11,872 nucleotides of DNA from Oligoflexales bacterium (lineage in GTDB: Bacteria > Bdellovibrionota_B > Oligoflexia > Oligoflexales > RGVZ01): contig JBIIGV010000087.1 in the NCBI GenBank assembly GCA_044236265.1, positions 1 through 11,872 on the forward strand, in the 5' to 3' direction. The translations under genes were made by a program, and so were the position numbers. The notes below the pieces were generated by a model. The model did not search any database, was not told the DNA's origin, and was given only the letters and a program-made list of their open reading frames with translations. Positions 7,981 through 11,872 of the stretch are shown piece after piece; the stretch's first letter is position 1, and each line of letters starts with the position of its first letter.

Positions 7981-9219
7981 ATGCAAAAAACGAGCTCCAA
8001 TAAGAGATTCTTCAGAGTCCTTTGCGATGTGATTATCGTCGCTGGTCTCACTACGGCGTGTGGTCAGAGCGAAGACAATGCAGTTGGTCCTGTTCAGGGA
8101 GCTGTCGGATCAAAGGTTTCCTCAGTTTCAATTCCAACACCGCCAGCTCTCATGCCTTACTTAGGCCGTGACAAGATCAACAGTCTATACCTCAAGATAA
8201 ACCCAGAGCAGTGCATGACGGGCGTCTCTGGTACGTCTATTGAAAAGTTCATTCCAAACTTTGCGGATGCCGCAGGGTTTTTGGCGAATGAAAAAGTTCG
8301 TAATGGATGCCTTTACTCGGTGACATTATCCCTTGGTAAAGCGACTGCGAGCGGCACGGGCTTTGAGAGAATTTATCTGACCAACGATGCGCCGAATCTT
8401 CGCGCAAGTGTTCAGGTTAAAGATTCTTCCAGTGGTAAAGTTACAGCTAACGTTCGCGTCTATCCAACTCAAGATGGAAAGACCATTCTTGGGCTTCCCG
8501 GTGAGCCCCTCATTGCGCCAACAGATATCAGTCAAAATCAATCAGGAACCGGCTTGCGCTGGAAAATGGTGCTTATGGCCGCAGATCAGGGCAATCAGTC
8601 AGCTTGGATTTCTGTTTTCGACAATGCACGCATGAAGCTTCTACAGTTTTTCCAAGCTAAGGGTATTCAGTCATCGGATATTCGCCAGCTGTCTTTAAAG
8701 CCTCAATTTCAAAATCAGTCTGTCATTGCAGCGACTACTGAAAGTTTTTCGAATGCCATTTCAAGCCTGAACGCAACTGGCGGCAACGATGCTTGCCTCG
8801 TACACATGACATCACACGGGTCTCGCGACGGTTTTAATATTGGTAATAGCCGGCTATCGCCAGGTACACTAGGCGCTGCGTTGGATGCCGGGTGTGGTAA
8901 CAGACCGACCGTTGTTTTGGTCTCTGCTTGCTACTCTGGGCTTTATGTTATGGATTCCTCGGGTTTGAAAAAGGACAACCGCATTATTTTAACCGCAGCT
9001 CGAAGTGATCGCACATCCTTTGGTTGCAGTAGCGAGTACGAGTATACCTACTGGGATTCTTGCTTGATCGATAGCTTGCCTAGGTCCACAAAATTCAAAG
9101 ATCTGGCATCAAATATTCAAGCCTGCATCAGTGCTAAAGAGGCGGGTATGACAACTCCATCCTTGCCGCAGGCATTCATTGGATCTGCAGTCGAACAGCT
9201 CGCATTACCTGGAATCTGA
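7981..9219 (+). CDS. Peptidase C13-family (legumain/GPI8-like, clan CD) lipoprotein with uncharacterised N-terminal domain
   Basis: LVHMTSHGS (His 8815-8817), VVLVSACYSG (Cys 8929-8931), IILTAARSDRTSFGCS and TYW, typical of bacterial C13 proteins. Lipobox TTAC (Cys at 8059). The start may instead be GTG 7951. Confidence 0.88.
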   Translation: MQKTSSNKRFFRVLCDVIIVAGLTTACGQSEDNAVGPVQGAVGSKVSSVSIPTPPALMPYLGRDKINSLYLKINPEQCMTGVSGTSIEKFIPNFADAAGFLANEKVRNGCLYSVTLSLGKATASGTGFERIYLTNDAPNLRASVQVKDSSSGKVTANVRVYPTQDGKTILGLPGEPLIAPTDISQNQSGTGLRWKMVLMAADQGNQSAWISVFDNARMKLLQFFQAKGIQSSDIRQLSLKPQFQNQSVIAATTESFSNAISSLNATGGNDACLVHMTSHGSRDGFNIGNSRLSPGTLGAALDAGCGNRPTVVLVSACYSGLYVMDSSGLKKDNRIILTAARSDRTSFGCSSEYEYTYWDSCLIDSLPRSTKFKDLASNIQACISAKEAGMTTPSLPQAFIGSAVEQLALPGI

Positions 9220-9244
9220 TCAATCTTAGGACTAACGACTACAC

Positions 9245-9733
9245 TTAAACAAATTTAATCGAACAAATAGTGTATTCCATGGGCCCTTTTGGGGTTGACG
9301 CTTCTGCATAATCACCGACAGCTTTGTTCAACAGGGCTCGTCCAAGTGGTGAGCGCCAGCTGATCTTGCCAGAGGAGGGGTCAGCCTCATCTTCTCCCAC
9401 GATAAACCATGTTTTCTGACGATCTTCTTCGTCACTGATGGTCACTGTTGCGCCAAAGACGACTTTGTCGCCGGTTTGGGATTTTGGGTCGATGATTTTG
9501 GCTTTTTCAAGGCGGCTTTTGAGAAAGTTAATTCGTTTGTCGATCTCGCGTAGTCGCTTACGTCCGTAAATATACTCGGCGTTTTCGCTTCGATCTCCTT
9601 GCGCGGCTGCAGCAGCAATTTCTTCGAGTAACTTTGGTCGTTCATTATCAGCTAGATGACGAAGTTCGCTGTACATGCGGTCGTAGCCAGCGGGCGTGAT
9701 CAGATTTGTTTTCTCAATTGGTGGTTGCGCCAT
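9245..9733 (-). CDS. greB: Transcription elongation factor GreB
   Basis: ITPAGY, AAAQGDRSENAEYIYGRKRLREIDKRINFL (GreB-type basic patch), VVFGATV and ISWRSPLGRALL. Confidence 0.95.
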   Translation of the reverse strand: MAQPPIEKTNLITPAGYDRMYSELRHLADNERPKLLEEIAAAAAQGDRSENAEYIYGRKRLREIDKRINFLKSRLEKAKIIDPKSQTGDKVVFGATVTISDEEDRQKTWFIVGEDEADPSSGKISWRSPLGRALLNKAVGDYAEASTPKGPMEYTICSIKFV

Positions 9734-9740
9734 ATGATTT

Positions 9741-10214
9741 TTACATTCCTAGTGCGCGATTTGCGGCAAGTAAAATCAATGCTGCAAACACGCCTGCAAC
9801 GATATCGTCGAAAAATGTTCCCCAAGCCCCTGGTCCGTGCTCGTCGATATAGCCGATTGGTCCTGGTTTCCAAATATCAAACAGACGAAATAGCAGAAAA
9901 CCCGCAATCACGTTGGGAACAGTGAAGGGAAACCACGCCAATGTGACGAACATTCCGGCAAACTCATCGATGACGATTCGAGGATCATCGTGAAGATTCC
10001 AAGCTTTTTCTGTGACCGCTGTGGACCAGATCCCAATGCTGCAAACGACCAATACCCAGAATAGAGTTTCAACAGGAGTCCACTGGTCCTGATGAAAAAG
10101 CCAAATCAGAGGTAGAGCTGCTGCTGAGCCAAAAGTTCCAGGTGCTTTTGGTGCAAGTCCAGATCCAAAGCCAGTGGCAATGAATATAGCCAATCGATTG
10201 AGTGTGTTATTCAT
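9741..10214 (-). CDS. pgpA: Phosphatidylglycerophosphatase A
   Basis: GFGSGLAPKAPGTFGS, DDPRIVIDEFAG, FRLFDIWKPGPI and DDIVAG motifs. Confidence 0.96.
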   Translation of the reverse strand: MNNTLNRLAIFIATGFGSGLAPKAPGTFGSAAALPLIWLFHQDQWTPVETLFWVLVVCSIGIWSTAVTEKAWNLHDDPRIVIDEFAGMFVTLAWFPFTVPNVIAGFLLFRLFDIWKPGPIGYIDEHGPGAWGTFFDDIVAGVFAALILLAANRALGM

Positions 10215-10225
10215 GGTTCTTTAAT

Positions 10226-10780
10226 TCACTTAAATTTTAACAGTTCAGCGCCGGTTGATACGGTGTCTGCTTCTTTCACTTTAATTGTGTCTACGGTTCC
10301 CGCATTTGCCGCCAACACCCGATTTTCCATCTTCATGGCTTCAATGATCATCAATGTGTCACCTACATTGACCTTGTCTCCCGCCTTCACAAAAATCTTG
10401 AGAATTTTGCCAGTAATCTGGCTACGTACCACAGCAGGCTTCTTCTTGGTTGAGCCTTCTTTATTGTCTGAACCTGGTAAGTAAGTGCTGACCGTGGCTT
10501 CCAGATTGATAGGTGTTGAAGTGCCAGCCAATGAAAACTCTGCACTCACGGCGATATCACCGTCACCTGGAAATTTGGCTACGTTTTTCGAGCGAATGTT
10601 GATCGGCGACCATTCCTGGCTTTTAGCGGTATCTAGTACAAATAGCGTTCTTGTTTGTCTTTGCCAGCGAAGCTGCACTGGGCGTCCATTGATGGAGCCA
10701 GAAAAGTCAGCGTTATTAGGGATCGCATCGGGAAGTTGAATGACTTGGCTTTTGCCGTTGATGACAACACTCCACTGCAT
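10226..10780 (-). CDS. Biotin carboxyl carrier (biotinyl-domain) subunit of an acyl-CoA carboxylase
   Basis: EAMKMEN biotinylation motif in the C-terminal domain. ATG at 10780 overlaps the upstream TGA (TGATG), with GGAGG RBS at 10791-10787. Confidence 0.92.
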   Translation of the reverse strand: MQWSVVINGKSQVIQLPDAIPNNADFSGSINGRPVQLRWQRQTRTLFVLDTAKSQEWSPINIRSKNVAKFPGDGDIAVSAEFSLAGTSTPINLEATVSTYLPGSDNKEGSTKKKPAVVRSQITGKILKIFVKAGDKVNVGDTLMIIEAMKMENRVLAANAGTVDTIKVKEADTVSTGAELLKFK

Positions 10781-11872
10781 CACACACCTCCTCTGGTGGT
10801 GGCGTTGATCCGCGCGCGGGATCGCCATAAACTCATGGATGTCTGACCAGAAGTCGCGGATGTCTCAGCGTTGGCCTCACGTTTTTGTCCCTCCGCGGCC
10901 AGTACCGCTGCCAGCAAGGCCGATGATGCGGTGTGCTCATCTGGAATCACTGAGAACGCTTCCTGGAAATAAGCTGCCTGCTTTTCAACAAAACCGGTGT
11001 TGTGTTCGCCTTCAAGAAACGTTGGATGACGGAGCACGGCCTCGTGAAATTTAGCGGTAGTGGGTACACCGTCAATTTCAAACTCCGCCAGTGCACGTTT
11101 CATCCGCGCAATCGCTTCATCGCGCGTTGGCCCCCAAACAATTAATTTGGCTACCATCGAGTCATAGTACTGCGGAATTTCGTAGCCAGGATAAAGGTGG
11201 GAGTCAATCCTGACTCCAGGTCCAGCGGGAAACCTGATCTGGTTGACCCGTCCTGGTCCAGGTAGAAAACCTTTGGCAGGATCTTCGGCATTGATCCGCG
11301 CTTCAATAGACCAGCCTCTTAGTTTGATGTCTTCTTGCTTGAAGGGTAGCTTTTCTCCACAGGCGACCAGTATTTGCCAACGCACCAGATCAATGTCGGT
11401 GATTTCTTCGCTCACCGTATGCTCAACCTGAATCCTCGTGTTCATCTCCATGAAATAAACGCGTTCTGCCGACTCACAGATAAACTCGATCGTTCCTGCC
11501 GATGCATAGCCGGCAGCCTTAGCCGCAACGACGGCTCGACGGCCAATCTCCGCTCTTTGCTCAGGATTAAGGAATTTACTAGGCGCTTCTTCAATTAGTT
11601 TTTGATGACGGCGCTGAATGGAACAATCGCGTTCAAACAAATGAACGCCGTTGCCGTGTTCGTCAAATAGCACCTGCACTTCAATATGCCTTGGATTTTC
11701 AATGTAGCGTTCACAAAATACAGCCGGGTTACCGAAGTAACTTTGGGCCTCACGTGTACACGCCGCAAATGATTCAGCAAGATCATCCATGGTGCGTACG
11801 ACCCGCATGCCACGCCCACCGCCACCGGCGGCGGCTTTAAGAATCATGGGAAATCCGATCTCCTGAGCGTGT
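10780..11872 (-). CDS. accC: Biotin carboxylase subunit of acetyl/acyl-CoA carboxylase (5' part outside the window)
   Basis: The frame stays open to the window edge (HAQEIGFPMILKAAAGGGGRGMR); RHIEVQ, ERDCSIQRRHQK, EMNTRIQVEH and YYDSMVAKLI motifs. Confidence 0.93.
   Translation of the reverse strand, partial: HAQEIGFPMILKAAAGGGGRGMRVVRTMDDLAESFAACTREAQSYFGNPAVFCERYIENPRHIEVQVLFDEHGNGVHLFERDCSIQRRHQKLIEEAPSKFLNPEQRAEIGRRAVVAAKAAGYASAGTIEFICESAERVYFMEMNTRIQVEHTVSEEITDIDLVRWQILVACGEKLPFKQEDIKLRGWSIEARINAEDPAKGFLPGPGRVNQIRFPAGPGVRIDSHLYPGYEIPQYYDSMVAKLIVWGPTRDEAIARMKRALAEFEIDGVPTTAKFHEAVLRHPTFLEGEHNTGFVEKQAAYFQEAFSVIPDEHTASSALLAAVLAAEGQKREANAETSATSGQTSMSLWRSRARINATTRGGV

Noticed and set aside
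9220..9244. Expected bidirectional terminator between the convergent C13 gene and greB
   Set aside because: No convincing GC-rich stem with U-tracts in the 25-bp gap.
9245..11872. accC-BCCP-pgpA-greB run as a novel system
   Set aside because: These are ordinary housekeeping genes with intact canonical motifs; the small antisense ORFs over them are shadows.

Overview
Bacterial window of moderate GC. The gene content and lipoprotein style suggest a Bdellovibrionota/Oligoflexia-like deltaproteobacterium, but this is inference. The right end (9245-11872, minus strand) is housekeeping: a 5'-truncated biotin carboxylase, a biotin carboxyl carrier protein, pgpA and greB. The middle holds an orphan GspC-like PDZ protein, a LOG-family protein and a lysophospholipid acyltransferase. 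The notable part is an accessory cluster of seven predicted lipoproteins. Three of them (385-1521, 1690-2586, 7981-9219) are divergent caspase/legumain-fold (clan CD) cysteine peptidases with intact His-Gly and Ser/Ala-Cys motifs. Three others are uncharacterised: one with a perfect (CAA)36 polyQ spacer, one with a (GGS)7 plus 20-aa repeat spacer, and one with a duplicated ~80-aa domain. The seventh is cut by the left edge. Sigma-28/FliA-like promoter motifs precede both arms of the divergent lipoprotein cluster and the GspC-like gene. Pairs of the lipoproteins share short motifs just after the lipobox. Together this suggests a co-regulated, exported caspase-like protease module of unknown function.
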